Of a stretch of 64,000 nucleotides of DNA, positions 48,081 through 58,642 are shown in pieces; position 1 is the first letter of the stretch, and each line of letters starts with the position of its first letter. The position numbers and the translations under genes are program-made. This stretch comes from an uncultured bacterium (GTDB taxonomy: Bacteria; Zixibacteria; MSB-5A5; CAIYYT01), in assembly GCA_903930455.1 (NCBI GenBank), contig CAIYYT010000002.1, positions 6,479 through 70,478 on the forward strand. Direction: 5' to 3'. Under the pieces are notes generated by a model. It worked only from the letters and a program-made list of their open reading frames with translations. It did not search any database and was not told the DNA's origin.

Positions 48081-49510
48081 GAGGATAGCAAACTCGAAAC
48101 GGGCAAGCTGGATAATGCCTGTTTTTTCGCGATGGCATGTAACGCTATAGTAAGAGCAGCTATTATGTATAAATGCGGATAGTACAAGACTGTCAAGAAA
48201 AAACCATGGACGATAAAGCCAATCAGCGAACAGTCCAAGGCTAAGGAAAAATTCGTTAGCCACGGTTCGTTAAGATTTGCTTCGCGACAGATTCTTCGGG
48301 TTTCTTGGTTACGCCTAAATATCAGTATCAGTACCGCTACGACCACAACCAGCCCCCCGAGACCTAACTCCGATGCGGCCTGAAGAAATATGTTATGAAC
48401 GACACTCGCTCCCCCCACTCCGGAAGGACGATACTTCGACAGCCAATTTGGCGAAAAATTGTTAATGCCGATTCCCGTCAGTGGATGATCTGCTAACATA
48501 CTAAGACCAGCCTTCCACAAGGTGATCCGGGACGAAGCCGTGCCATCTTCCTCATAGTTCTGGGCGTTAAGAAATCGTTCTTTCCATGGGTCCGAGGCAA
48601 TTGCCCAGAATCCTGCGAGGAAGGCTAAGACTAATGCAAGATTGACCAGTTTATTCCGGCTTCTTGCCCAGTACAGTGCGGTTGCGGCTGCCAATCCTAA
48701 CGCCGCCCCACGCGAACTACTCCGAAGGAGAGCAATAACGAAAGTGGCAGTGAGTGCCCCGGAAACAATTTTGAGGATTCTCGATTTCACCGACAGAAAG
48801 AGGTAAAAAGCCAATGGCACCACAATTACCATCGCTATCCCGAAGTCGTTGCCATTTCCGAAAAAACCGCCAGAACCGGCACCTATCCCCTGCTGGATAA
48901 AGAAGGACTGATTGGAAGTCGAAGATAACCCTGCAGCGAAACTCCTTAACTGAAACTGCGCCAGCTTGAAGTTTAGGAGAAGAAAAAGCCAGATGAATAC
49001 TTGTAACTTGGGTATTGTGTTCACCAAATTGATGATAAGGAAACTGATAACAAAATATTTGGCGAGATCGATGGTCGCATCAAGAGCCATCTGCATATTC
49101 ATAGCAACGGCCATTGACACAAGGGAGATTCCGAGCCACGCCAGGAACAACACGTACATTTTGTCCGAGACGATCTTGATATCGTGCGAAGTAGCACGTC
49201 TGATCAGGAATATGATTAGCGTCGTCAGTACAATCAGTTTGCCAAACTGAAGATCTCGAAGACCGGGAAACATTGCCGAGAGTCGGGTGTATTCGAACAC
49301 TATATACGCGAGCGCACCCAGATAGGGATTGTGTAACAGCATAACCGCAAGGAATATGATGCCCATAAGACCAAAGACGAGCGTTGGCCCGGCGAACAAG
49401 AGGCCGATACCGCAAGCCAAAGAGACGACCACCAGTGCGGCATACCATAAATGCCGCGACTCCACCAGTTGAGTCCGTTGTGTACCGGCCAGTCCAGAGT
49501 CATTTGCCAC
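48077..49510 (-). CDS. O-antigen ligase/Wzy-like polymerase family membrane protein (exosortase-system-type putative O-glycosylation ligase). GTG start.
   Basis: 10 or more TM helices. Wzy_C-like periplasmic loop region (...LLRSSSRGAALGLAAATALYW...). Confidence 0.75.
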   Translation of the reverse strand: MANDSGLAGTQRTQLVESRHLWYAALVVVSLACGIGLLFAGPTLVFGLMGIIFLAVMLLHNPYLGALAYIVFEYTRLSAMFPGLRDLQFGKLIVLTTLIIFLIRRATSHDIKIVSDKMYVLFLAWLGISLVSMAVAMNMQMALDATIDLAKYFVISFLIINLVNTIPKLQVFIWLFLLLNFKLAQFQLRSFAAGLSSTSNQSFFIQQGIGAGSGGFFGNGNDFGIAMVIVVPLAFYLFLSVKSRILKIVSGALTATFVIALLRSSSRGAALGLAAATALYWARSRNKLVNLALVLAFLAGFWAIASDPWKERFLNAQNYEEDGTASSRITLWKAGLSMLADHPLTGIGINNFSPNWLSKYRPSGVGGASVVHNIFLQAASELGLGGLVVVVAVLILIFRRNQETRRICREANLNEPWLTNFSLALDCSLIGFIVHGFFLTVLYYPHLYIIAALTIALHAIAKKQALSSLPVSSLLSS

Positions 49511-49844
49511 TGCTATCTGCGTTTTCCTCTTCGCCTAAATGTGTTGGCTTTATCTACATTGCGGTAATGTTTCCCCCCAGTTCGAGCAGCTTCCTACTGT
49601 CTGTGTCGAACGGGCAGCTCTAGACCGCGGGGACTGAGAAGCTCTCTTATGGGCAGTTCCTTTCCGAATATGGATTAACACTGCCGTCACGACGAGGGCT
49701 GCGAATCGAGTGTCGGTACCATACTGTTTCCACATAGCTATCATGCGCCCTACTTCGGCCAAAGTCAACAATATTTCACCGAGACGCTGACCGCTCCGTT
49801 ACTGACAATCCCCCGAGAGGAAGTCATGAAGAATCTTCGGACAT

Positions 49845-50969
49845 TTAGCCAATGCAGTTTCGGTACAATTCGGCATAACTCCTGATACTGCGCTCAATGC
49901 AAAACCTGTCCCTTACCGCAAACTTGGCCGCCGCGCCGAGAACCGAGGCCAACTCGCGATCGCGGATAAGCCGGAGTATTCCCTGTGCGAGAGCATCGGC
50001 ACTTTGCGGGGGGATCAACAAACCTGTCTTGCCGTCTTCCACAATCTCAGCCGGTCCACCCGAGTTTGTCACCACTACAGGTTTTCCTAATCCCATGGCC
50101 TCGATAGTGGCTATGGACAGTCCTTCGGTGTTTGAGGACATGGCAAAGATATCACACTGCTTCAACAATTGCGAAACATCACTTCTGAAGCCCGTGAAGA
50201 AAACTCGCTCCTGAAGCCCCAGCGAAGCCCTGAGAACCAGCAGGTCGGCAAGCAGTTCTCCGCGTCCCTCTCCGGCGATCACAAAGTAAGTATCTTGAGC
50301 TATGTCAATAACTATTCGAGCGGCATTTAGCAAGTACTCGTACCCCTTGGCCTTTCGGATATTTCCAACTGAGCTGACAAGAGTGGCTGTTAGGGGAATG
50401 CCAAATTCAGAGCGCAACGCGTTAGACCGGGTTGCCCGGTCCAATAATTCAAAATCGATACCATTGTAGATTCTAGTTACCTGGTCAGGTCGAAATGACC
50501 AACCTTGAAACAGCTCATTCTTAAGGTGATCCGAGACTACCACAACGCTCTTTGCTTGTCGTTTGATCACCGCCATCTTCAGCCAGTTCTTTGGACTTCT
50601 GGTGCTCCAAGTGCCCACCATCCCGTGAAAGGTTACAACAACCGGAATACGAGTGAACAATCCGGCTAAGCACGCATAAAAATTGGCGTCAGGCAGGTGA
50701 GAATGAATCAGGTCAACTCTTCGGGTGCGAACGATGCGCATGATCTCTCGAAGAAAACTCCAGTCAAAGGCGCCGCTACTCTTGACTACAAGGGGAGTGA
50801 TTCCGGCAGCCTTCATGCTATCGTAAAGCCAGCCGATGCCAGTCAGCAAAACTATCGATTCAAACTCCATTGGATCGAGCCATCCCACGACATTCAACAA
50901 TACTGTTTCTGCGCCTCCGGGCCCGGTCGTCTCAATCATATGTAGAATCACCGACTTACGATTCTGCAT
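49845..50969 (-). CDS. Glycosyltransferase family 4. ATG 50969; a TTG at 50984 is the alternative.
   Basis: N-terminal ILHMIETTGPGGAE. C-terminal SSNTEGLSIATIEAMGLGKPVVVTNSGGPAEIVEDGKTGLL. Confidence 0.9.
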   Translation of the reverse strand: MQNRKSVILHMIETTGPGGAETVLLNVVGWLDPMEFESIVLLTGIGWLYDSMKAAGITPLVVKSSGAFDWSFLREIMRIVRTRRVDLIHSHLPDANFYACLAGLFTRIPVVVTFHGMVGTWSTRSPKNWLKMAVIKRQAKSVVVVSDHLKNELFQGWSFRPDQVTRIYNGIDFELLDRATRSNALRSEFGIPLTATLVSSVGNIRKAKGYEYLLNAARIVIDIAQDTYFVIAGEGRGELLADLLVLRASLGLQERVFFTGFRSDVSQLLKQCDIFAMSSNTEGLSIATIEAMGLGKPVVVTNSGGPAEIVEDGKTGLLIPPQSADALAQGILRLIRDRELASVLGAAAKFAVRDRFCIERSIRSYAELYRNCIG

Positions 50970-50993
50970 TCTGCACCAATCCAAAGTAGTTCA

Positions 50994-52196
50994 TCATACT
51001 TCATTCAATATGGCTATAATTATGTCGATATCGTTCTGACGAACATAGGCATGAGTCGGCAGAGTGAAGAGTCTTGCCACTATCTGTCTTCCACCGGGAT
51101 AGTCACCTTTGAGTGAGGCCAATTGCGGTTCGATTCCCCGGATCTCGCGAATGATCGCCGGATACATGGTCACTGCGGTGAAACCCCCCTTCCGCAAAAA
51201 GCGCACCGCACGATCGCGCATGGCCTGGTCGGCGGCGAGCACCGGCAGACGCAGATAGATCGTACCTGTAGCCGCTTGTGAGCCAGGGATCTCAAACTTG
51301 CCGAGCGGACGAACCCCTTCCGCGATCTTCAAAGCGCAGGCCGATCTCTGCGAGTTCAACATGTTGAGTCTGTCGATCAGCAATCCGCCAGCACATTGTT
51401 GCAGGCGGCCGAGTTTCGCCACCGAAAAGTGGTCGTCATATATCGTCTCTCCCAGTCCAAGGAACGGTAGCATATTTGGAAACCAGTAACACCGCGGCCG
51501 GAGAAACATTGAGTGGAGGAAGAACTTCAAGACTGTTACCACTTCCGAGATGATCCCCGGCGTGGGCAGTGATTCGATTGCCTCTTCTATGTATCTCCCC
51601 AGATCGTCGTTATCGGTCACGAGAACACCTCCAGCGCAGGTGGATAGGTTTTTACCCCGGTCGAGACTATAGAAGCCGGCATCACCAAGCGTTCCGGCCG
51701 CGCGGCCATTTACTATTGTGCCGAGTGCCTGGGCAGCATCATCGATCAGAAACACCGACTCTTCCTTCGTGATGGCACGCAGTTTGCTCCAGTCACTTAC
51801 GATCCCGAACAAATTACTGGCGATCACAGCCAGAACATGATTAAAATCAATCTTGCGCAGTTTGTTATAGTCGTAGTCCATAGTCATCGGGTCGATATCC
51901 ACCAAACGAATCTTGAGGCCAGCCCTAACAATTGATGCTGCCACCGAATAGCAGGTCCAGGACGGAATAACGACCTCATTCTTTTCCGGGCGGGCCAACC
52001 GTGAAACTTCCCGTAGCATAACCAACAGCGCTGTGCGGCCGGAATTAAGCAACCACACATGCTTGCTACCGGTAAGACGCTTTAGCTTTCGAGTGAACGG
52101 CTCATCGAGTTTCTCTAAACCAACACGTAGAGCGATAATTTTGGCAATATCTTTGATGCTAATGGGCGTTCCTGAGGGAGGCATCAGATAAAACAT
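50994..52196 (-). CDS. DegT/DnrJ/EryC1/StrS-family PLP-dependent aminotransferase (sugar aminotransferase). ATG 52196 with AGGTG SD; GTG at 52202 is the alternative.
   Basis: ...FLIDDAAQALG...AGFYSLDRGKNLSTCAGGVLVT places the PLP-lysine in the K-N-L context typical of DegT. Confidence 0.85.
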   Translation of the reverse strand: MFYLMPPSGTPISIKDIAKIIALRVGLEKLDEPFTRKLKRLTGSKHVWLLNSGRTALLVMLREVSRLARPEKNEVVIPSWTCYSVAASIVRAGLKIRLVDIDPMTMDYDYNKLRKIDFNHVLAVIASNLFGIVSDWSKLRAITKEESVFLIDDAAQALGTIVNGRAAGTLGDAGFYSLDRGKNLSTCAGGVLVTDNDDLGRYIEEAIESLPTPGIISEVVTVLKFFLHSMFLRPRCYWFPNMLPFLGLGETIYDDHFSVAKLGRLQQCAGGLLIDRLNMLNSQRSACALKIAEGVRPLGKFEIPGSQAATGTIYLRLPVLAADQAMRDRAVRFLRKGGFTAVTMYPAIIREIRGIEPQLASLKGDYPGGRQIVARLFTLPTHAYVRQNDIDIIIAILNEV

Positions 52197-52209
52197 ACGC
52201 ACCTGCCGA

Positions 52210-53241
52210 CTACGGGAAATTCCTGATCACACGCGGGCCGAGAACATTGGCGACAGAAAGTGGCAGCTTTTGCCAGATCTTAATAAGCAATTGATATTTC
52301 GAATCAGCCGGGTTGAGTGTCGGAAGTTCTTTGAGCTTAAGCAATGAATATTGCCAATGTAATTGTTGCGGAAGTGCGCCCCACTGTTTCTTGAAATTGT
52401 AGGCGCCGCTATCAATTGACGAGCGCCCGAAATCAAGATATTTGAATCCGGTGGCGGAACCATCTTCGATCACCGCCCAATAGAGCGCATGATTCGGGCA
52501 AAACTCTAACATGTGACGATATGCCGATGCCGAAGGTACATAGAGTGAATCTTTGAACGCCAACACCAAGCCCGCGGCAATGACCGCGCCTCCCCTACGC
52601 ACGAGAACGAAGCGAGCGGTTTCGCGAAATTCACCTAGTATTCGCGCAAAAAAGCCCTTTCCCCAGACCGGTGTGCCAAGATCCCGCATGTTGTGAGCAA
52701 ACACTCGATAAAATTCGTCTAACTTCTCCAGTCCGCCAAATTCTGTCGTCAGTCCTGATTTTTGCGATTTGCGGATTTGGTTGCGAAGTTTGGAGTTGAA
52801 TCCATTCCAGATGGTTACTGCGTTAGATTCAAGCGGCAAGTGAAACGTCACCTTATCCCGTCGTACAGACAATCCAAGTTCCTGCACCCATAATGAGCGA
52901 AATTCGATAAACTGAGCACCTTCTCGCACGGCAAGACTCATAGCTGCGTCCAACAAAGACTGTTCGGTCGGCAGGTCGTCTGCCAGAATGCCCCCGTAGT
53001 CAATCCAGGGCAAACTGACGAGATACTTGGAACGCCACCAGGTCGTGATTAGAAACAACGGAAGCACGCCCGTCAGCTTTCCATTTTCTTGCGCTATGAA
53101 GTACTTGGGAACGTGTCCGAGCCCGCGCCAAATTACCTCGCGCCAACCAATCTGATGAGCGATGGTGGCTCGTGGGGACCGGGTAACATAATCAGACCAC
53201 CGACTCCGGAAATCGGAGGTATATTTTGAAACCGATACCAT
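52210..53241 (-). CDS. FemAB-family (GNAT-fold) acyl/aminoacyl transferase, the second copy in the locus.
   Basis: 343 aa, FemAB/BioF2-like architecture (…FIEFRSL…FKDSLYVPSASAY…). ATG start. Confidence 0.65.
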   Translation of the reverse strand: MVSVSKYTSDFRSRWSDYVTRSPRATIAHQIGWREVIWRGLGHVPKYFIAQENGKLTGVLPLFLITTWWRSKYLVSLPWIDYGGILADDLPTEQSLLDAAMSLAVREGAQFIEFRSLWVQELGLSVRRDKVTFHLPLESNAVTIWNGFNSKLRNQIRKSQKSGLTTEFGGLEKLDEFYRVFAHNMRDLGTPVWGKGFFARILGEFRETARFVLVRRGGAVIAAGLVLAFKDSLYVPSASAYRHMLEFCPNHALYWAVIEDGSATGFKYLDFGRSSIDSGAYNFKKQWGALPQQLHWQYSLLKLKELPTLNPADSKYQLLIKIWQKLPLSVANVLGPRVIRNFP

Positions 53242-53281
53242 TAGAGATCACATTGCCGTCGCGGCGTTTGCCCTGGTCGAA

Positions 53282-55861
53282 TCATTGTTGTACTCCGAGG
53301 TTTTTTACTGCGGCAGGTGGTATCGTATCTGACACTGGTCCCCAAATCTGCAATTCTGTTAGCCAATTGATACCGGGATACGTTGCTGGTCCCATGTTGG
53401 CTGGCTGATAGATTCGTAACCGCTGCGTACTCACAGTCGAGAAAGTGGTAAAAGCGAGACTGTCGGTCGCCGTCGGAATGTTCACCGTAACAATATCGGT
53501 ATAGGCGCTGCCGTTCCAGCTCTGAATTCGGTATTGCCGAGAAACCATCCAGGCGGATTGGAAACTGTTCCAAGCCCAGTAGATTCGAACTCCGTTGACC
53601 GGTCGCACTGCCCCAAAATCAATTTCTACCCAGTGCGGAACTGTAGTGCCATCGTCCGATGCCCACGTTGTTGCGGTGGTGTTACGAGGCAAAATAACAC
53701 CGTCGGCAATCGGGGTTACAGTATATCCCGAATATGTTCCACTCACAGCCGCGGTTCGCCCCAACGCATAGTTCACAGTGTCGGCAGAGGGGGGCGACGT
53801 GGTGAAGGTGAAATCTGAACCAACTGCCTCATTGGCGGCAGCATCTCGTGATCTGACGCGATAATGATAAATTGTCCCAGCGCTTAGTCCGGTCAGAGAC
53901 TGACTGTGGGATGTTAGGTATGCAGGGTCCAAAGTAGTAGAAGAACCATAACTGACCGTTAGTCCATAATTTACTTGCGAGGTCGCTAGTTCGTTAGTAG
54001 TCCACGTAACGGTGGCACTACTTGCCGCGATGCTCGTCGCCTGAACCACACTTATGACCGGCTTCGTGGTATCAGCCGGAACGTCATTATCTAGGATCAT
54101 TCCCGTCGCCGTTGGCTGAGCGATACGACCGATGGTCGCGTTAGTCAATGTGATCGTCATCGTCTCGGTCGGCTCAACTATGGCGTCGTCGATAGTTTGA
54201 ATAACAATTGTGCCGGTAACTGATCCAGCCGGAATCGCTATTTGACCATTGACAACCGCTGTATAATCTCCGGGCGCAATAGCGGTACCATTCGCAGTGC
54301 TATATTTGATGACACAGGGGGAAGCCAAGGTTGTCCCGATAGTTATGGGGAAGACGAGGTTGACTCCTTCGATAACCGCAGGTGCGTCGCCGACGCGGAT
54401 GGAAGAATCCTGCGCACCCGACGTGCCTAGTGCTCCGAGATATGTCGGATACGCTCCACCCTTACCACCTGATAAAGCCGGAGAACCGGCCTGCAAATGA
54501 TAGTTGTGATTTGCCCCATCGACAAACAGCGGATTGGCAATGGTTGAGTGAGCATCTTTTCCGGTAACTTCAGCTATATTGTTGGCTTGCCACTCAGCAA
54601 GGGTGTAATAAGTTCCTGAACTGTGACTTTGATAATTGTTATCAGCGTTTGGATACCAGAACAGATCATCCGACGAGGTACGGCCATAAAACAAGTTGTA
54701 GTCAGTGTAAAGGGAAGCCACGGGCAGACCCGACTCAATCGGCTTTATTGACGTGGTTGGTTGGTGATCCCAGATGATATTATTGAAGAAATTGGAACTA
54801 TTACCAGCAACCGATCTTCCAGTTTGATAACCAAATCCTGTCTTGTACATGTCGATGGTGTTGTTATACACCCAAACACGGGTATTGTTATATCCCAAAT
54901 TAGATAAATCATTTTGGACAATCGCCCCAAATTGACTGTAACTATCACTACCGGTTCCAGCCCCTATATTGTAGATGATGTTATTCCTCACTACTACACT
55001 GTCGGTACTACCCCCAGACGCTGGCCCCAAATCAATTCCAACTACCCCTGCGCCGTTTATGATGTTATTCTCCATCATAATGACATACATCGGGGAATCT
55101 TTTCTCTTGAGTTTTAAGCCAACCCCTAAAACATCTTGGATATAGTTATCGTGAATCCAGGCAGTATCTCCATCATATAGCACTACACCATCATAGTTAT
55201 TCTGACTCCCACCTGCGAATAACGCCCCAGTTCTGTAAATCTCACAGTGTGACACCTCTATCCCGTCACCAACGGTCTCTCCCCATGCCCCCGATATAAT
55301 TCCCCCACAATTACCAAAATTATTTGGACTTATCATATATACTGAATCTACACGACAGTATTTTATCGTCAAATGACCAGCATCCACTACAACACCACCA
55401 CAATTACTAATCCGAAAATCAAGAGAATCAAGGGTGATATAAGGATAGTCTATGTAGGCAGTTATGGAACCCGTGCCATCCTGATTGTCCGAACCCCCGT
55501 ATTTACCACGTAGAATGGGTCGGCAACCGTTCCCCTTGTAGACTATCGGATGTCCAGCAGTTCCACCGTGGGTGGGTCTAAGAACACAGTAATAAGTAAT
55601 ACCGTAAAATGTACGGGTTTGCCCCTCATGGTAGTACGTCCCATCGCTAATCAAAACCGTATCATTAGCAACTACCGTCGTATCTGCCCTATAAATTGTT
55701 TTCCAAGCGTTGGCGAGAGAATGGCCATCGAGTGCATCGTTGCCGTCAGGCTTGACGTAATGTTTAGCGGCCATCGTTGTTCCATCCATTAAAAGTGCGC
55801 TAAGAAGCAAACAGGGAATCGCAAAGGACCACATGATTATAATAGGTTTCGGCTTATTCAT
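53282..55861 (-). CDS. Large secreted right-handed parallel beta-helix protein with Calx-beta, fibronectin type III and F5/8 type C (discoidin) domains. Candidate EPS glycanase/lyase or surface protein. Start at ATG 55861 (signal peptide) rather than 56011.
   Basis: Signal MNKPKPIIIMWSFAIPCLLLSALL with GAGGGAGA SD. Repeated NNIIxN/VVRNNIIYNIGAGTG beta-helix turns. Calx-beta GDYTAVVNGQIAIPAGSVTGTIVIQTIDDAIVEPTETMTITL. FN3 ...ATVTWTTNELATSQVNYG...GTIYHYRVRSRDAAAN. Discoidin ...VPHWVEIDFGAVRPVNGVRIYWAW. Confidence 0.8.
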   Translation of the reverse strand: MNKPKPIIIMWSFAIPCLLLSALLMDGTTMAAKHYVKPDGNDALDGHSLANAWKTIYRADTTVVANDTVLISDGTYYHEGQTRTFYGITYYCVLRPTHGGTAGHPIVYKGNGCRPILRGKYGGSDNQDGTGSITAYIDYPYITLDSLDFRISNCGGVVVDAGHLTIKYCRVDSVYMISPNNFGNCGGIISGAWGETVGDGIEVSHCEIYRTGALFAGGSQNNYDGVVLYDGDTAWIHDNYIQDVLGVGLKLKRKDSPMYVIMMENNIINGAGVVGIDLGPASGGSTDSVVVRNNIIYNIGAGTGSDSYSQFGAIVQNDLSNLGYNNTRVWVYNNTIDMYKTGFGYQTGRSVAGNSSNFFNNIIWDHQPTTSIKPIESGLPVASLYTDYNLFYGRTSSDDLFWYPNADNNYQSHSSGTYYTLAEWQANNIAEVTGKDAHSTIANPLFVDGANHNYHLQAGSPALSGGKGGAYPTYLGALGTSGAQDSSIRVGDAPAVIEGVNLVFPITIGTTLASPCVIKYSTANGTAIAPGDYTAVVNGQIAIPAGSVTGTIVIQTIDDAIVEPTETMTITLTNATIGRIAQPTATGMILDNDVPADTTKPVISVVQATSIAASSATVTWTTNELATSQVNYGLTVSYGSSTTLDPAYLTSHSQSLTGLSAGTIYHYRVRSRDAAANEAVGSDFTFTTSPPSADTVNYALGRTAAVSGTYSGYTVTPIADGVILPRNTTATTWASDDGTTVPHWVEIDFGAVRPVNGVRIYWAWNSFQSAWMVSRQYRIQSWNGSAYTDIVTVNIPTATDSLAFTTFSTVSTQRLRIYQPANMGPATYPGINWLTELQIWGPVSDTIPPAAVKNLGVQQ

Positions 55862-56139
55862 TGCATCTCCCTCAGAGATATTACAATTCGTATCATTCGA
55901 CAAACCAACTGCAACGGCGGAGACAAAAATCGATTTGCATATTATGTCTCCCATAATACAGTTATAGACTTCATAATAGCAATTTGAGTGCCGCGCTCCA
56001 ACCAAAATCAATGCCCGTAAGTACTTGATTGACAGGCACTCAAAGAACGCGGAATCTGGTTCCTCCCCGCTTACCGAAAGGAACTGTATAATATTCGCTC
56101 AGACTGATCATGTTTTGGCTTCGATCAGCTACCGGGCGT

Positions 56140-57537
56140 TCAGAAACCCAGCGGAACCTTGGAAATCACCCAACGAAACTTGCCGTTCGCAGTGCGCGCA
56201 ATCGAATCGACGATTTCAACGGTAACACTCACTTCCGGACCAAAAACTTGCCTCAGCGAATCAATGATAATGGCCTCTTCACGTTCGTTGTAGCTGGGCC
56301 GGGGCACGACGCGCATCATTACGTGATAGAGATCCTCCTGCACAATTTGCGATTCTTCGACACTGAGCAGATGGTGAGTAACCGCATTCAGAATCGAAGA
56401 CGATATATATCGTCCGTCGGGCGTCACGGTAATGTCTTCATCCTTGGTCGTAACCCCGCTCATAAGCGGCAATACTCGTCCGCATCGACAAGGATTTGAC
56501 TCCAGTGAAGTGACATCATTTGTCTCGTAGCGAATGAGCGGCATCGCGTAATTATGCAGACCAGTGGCGATAATTCTTCCGAGTCGCTTGCCACTGCTCG
56601 TGAATTGCTTTCCACCGACGATCTCAACGAGGCCAAAGTCGGTATTGACGTGTTTTCCGCAGTGCTCTTCGCACTCGGTTGCAAATACGACCCGTTCCGC
56701 CATTCCGTAGAAGTCGAATACTTTGCAGGCAAAGGCCCTCTCAATCGCCTCGCGCTGAGTTTTGAAAAGCGTCTCAGAAGAAGTCAATACCACCTGGAGC
56801 GGAAAGGTCTCGCCCCGCTGGTTTAGATACCCCGCCAGAATTGACATCGTGGAGGGATACCCCTCGATTGCACGGGGCTTGAATTTGCTAAGCTTCTCGA
56901 GGTAATGCGGCACATTGACCGGCGACAAATGAAACGAGGAGCAAAAGAGGTGATTCAGAATCCAGTTGTGGCGCCAAAACGGGGGCTTAGTTCGCCTTAG
57001 CGGTACCACCTGCCGACCCAAGAAGAAGGCTATTCTGTCGCCCGGATTCAAGCCCGCCATGCGCTTTTGTCTCCAGTCAACCACCGTCTTTACAAGGCAC
57101 ACCTGCCTGTCCCACATTAGCCGTAAAGGAGACCCGGTCGTTCCGGACGTGTGACCGATGATTCGATCGAATCGGCCGGTGTTTCGCGCCACCAAATCAT
57201 CGCGATTTTCCATCACCTGTTTGCGCGTCAGCACCGGTAGCTTGGGCAGATCCGCCAGCGTCCTGATGTCATCAGGAGTAATCCGCGCAGCCTGCATCAC
57301 GCCATTGTAGTACGGGACATTTTCATAGCAGTGCTTGATAAGAATAGTCAGATGCTCATCCTGATACTCTCGCATCTCTTCAGGGGAATACCATGAGTGT
57401 TTCTCGAATTCTTCCAGCAACTGACGCAGTTTTCTGCCATATTCTCGCCGGTATAGTTTCATACCATACAGCGTCATCCCGATGTTTTGGATCAGGGCGG
57501 GACTACGTGAGTACACTTTGTCCAGAACACTACTCAC
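56140..57537 (-). CDS. Phenylacetate-CoA ligase-like (PaaK/CapK/F390-synthetase family) adenylate-forming enzyme. GTG start with AGGAAA SD.
   Basis: GHTSGTTGSPLRLMWD (adenylation P-loop variant of this family). Size 465 aa. CapK-like context next to capA. Confidence 0.8.
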   Translation of the reverse strand: MSSVLDKVYSRSPALIQNIGMTLYGMKLYRREYGRKLRQLLEEFEKHSWYSPEEMREYQDEHLTILIKHCYENVPYYNGVMQAARITPDDIRTLADLPKLPVLTRKQVMENRDDLVARNTGRFDRIIGHTSGTTGSPLRLMWDRQVCLVKTVVDWRQKRMAGLNPGDRIAFFLGRQVVPLRRTKPPFWRHNWILNHLFCSSFHLSPVNVPHYLEKLSKFKPRAIEGYPSTMSILAGYLNQRGETFPLQVVLTSSETLFKTQREAIERAFACKVFDFYGMAERVVFATECEEHCGKHVNTDFGLVEIVGGKQFTSSGKRLGRIIATGLHNYAMPLIRYETNDVTSLESNPCRCGRVLPLMSGVTTKDEDITVTPDGRYISSSILNAVTHHLLSVEESQIVQEDLYHVMMRVVPRPSYNEREEAIIIDSLRQVFGPEVSVTVEIVDSIARTANGKFRWVISKVPLGF

Positions 57538-58633
57538 TGTTTCGTTTCCTGCGATTTCTAATCATTCTCGCGAAGTTGTCAATGAGACGTCTTCCATCGT
57601 ACTTATGCAAGTGCCTCAAGTAGTACCAATAAACCTCTCGTCTGAAGCGAGCGGTGTTTTTCTTTAGCTCCTGAGAGTAGATCGGTTGGGTGTACGCAGG
57701 ACTACCAATTTTTTGGCTCAGTCTGAGCACTTCTCCGATCAGTTCTTCCCCGGCCACACTATCCAATACTATCGGCTGCAGATCATCATTTATGAATACG
57801 GGTATAATATCATAATCGATGCGGTTCGTACCAGAGAAGCGACATCGTAATATCATACTCTTACGCAAACGTGGCTGCCACATATCGAACACGAAATTTC
57901 CCAGACTATAGGCAATAACGCCGCGACCATACTTCTCCACCCCTTGGAGTATATGAGGGTGGTGCCCTAAGACTACTGCGCAGCCACAATCGATAATCTG
58001 CCTACCTAGCCTAACCTGATCAAGCGATGGATAATCGATGAACTCATCTCCCCAATGCACGGAGACAACCATATAGTCAACCATATTTCGATACTGCTCT
58101 ATATCCTGTTTGATCCTGTCCAAACTACCTGCAACGTCGCATCGTGAAACTATCTGATACTGCTCCGGTCGAAAATTATACGCGAGAAACCCGAATTTGC
58201 GCCCTTTGATCTCAAGTTTATGAAAATTCTCAACGCCGATTTCTGAGAGCTCAACCCCCGTAAATCCAATTCCATTCTGTCGCAGATGTAAGATGGTCTC
58301 AATGAGCGGTTGCTGTCCGTGCTGCATAATGTGATTGTTGGCCAGCGACACAACATCAAATTGCGCCGCCACTAATCCTTGCACCGCCTCGGGTTGACCT
58401 CTGAGTTGGACCCGATCAAAAGGGTCATGCCGGCTGTCAAACCGCGAGAGCACCGTTTCAAGATTACCAAAAAGAATATCTCCGGCTCGCAACTCCTCAA
58501 GGCAGCGGGCGAACGGAAATAAGGGACCGCATTTCTCGATCTTGGAAGCCACGCCAATACCGTAGGAAACCGCAAGGTCCCCCAGCATGATGTCGCCAAC
58601 AGCCAGAAGTGTAATTGTCTCGGAGGAACTCAT
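57530..58633 (-). CDS. CapA/PGA_cap-family metallophosphoesterase (poly-gamma-glutamate/capsule biosynthesis protein CapA-like).
   Basis: LLAVGDIMLGD...GNLETVLS...VSLANNHIMQHG...VVSVHWGDEF...VVLGHHPHILQG...YSLGNFVFD. Confidence 0.9.
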   Translation of the reverse strand: MSSSETITLLAVGDIMLGDLAVSYGIGVASKIEKCGPLFPFARCLEELRAGDILFGNLETVLSRFDSRHDPFDRVQLRGQPEAVQGLVAAQFDVVSLANNHIMQHGQQPLIETILHLRQNGIGFTGVELSEIGVENFHKLEIKGRKFGFLAYNFRPEQYQIVSRCDVAGSLDRIKQDIEQYRNMVDYMVVSVHWGDEFIDYPSLDQVRLGRQIIDCGCAVVLGHHPHILQGVEKYGRGVIAYSLGNFVFDMWQPRLRKSMILRCRFSGTNRIDYDIIPVFINDDLQPIVLDSVAGEELIGEVLRLSQKIGSPAYTQPIYSQELKKNTARFRREVYWYYLRHLHKYDGRRLIDNFARMIRNRRKRNSE

Positions 58634-58642
58634 GAGAAGTGA

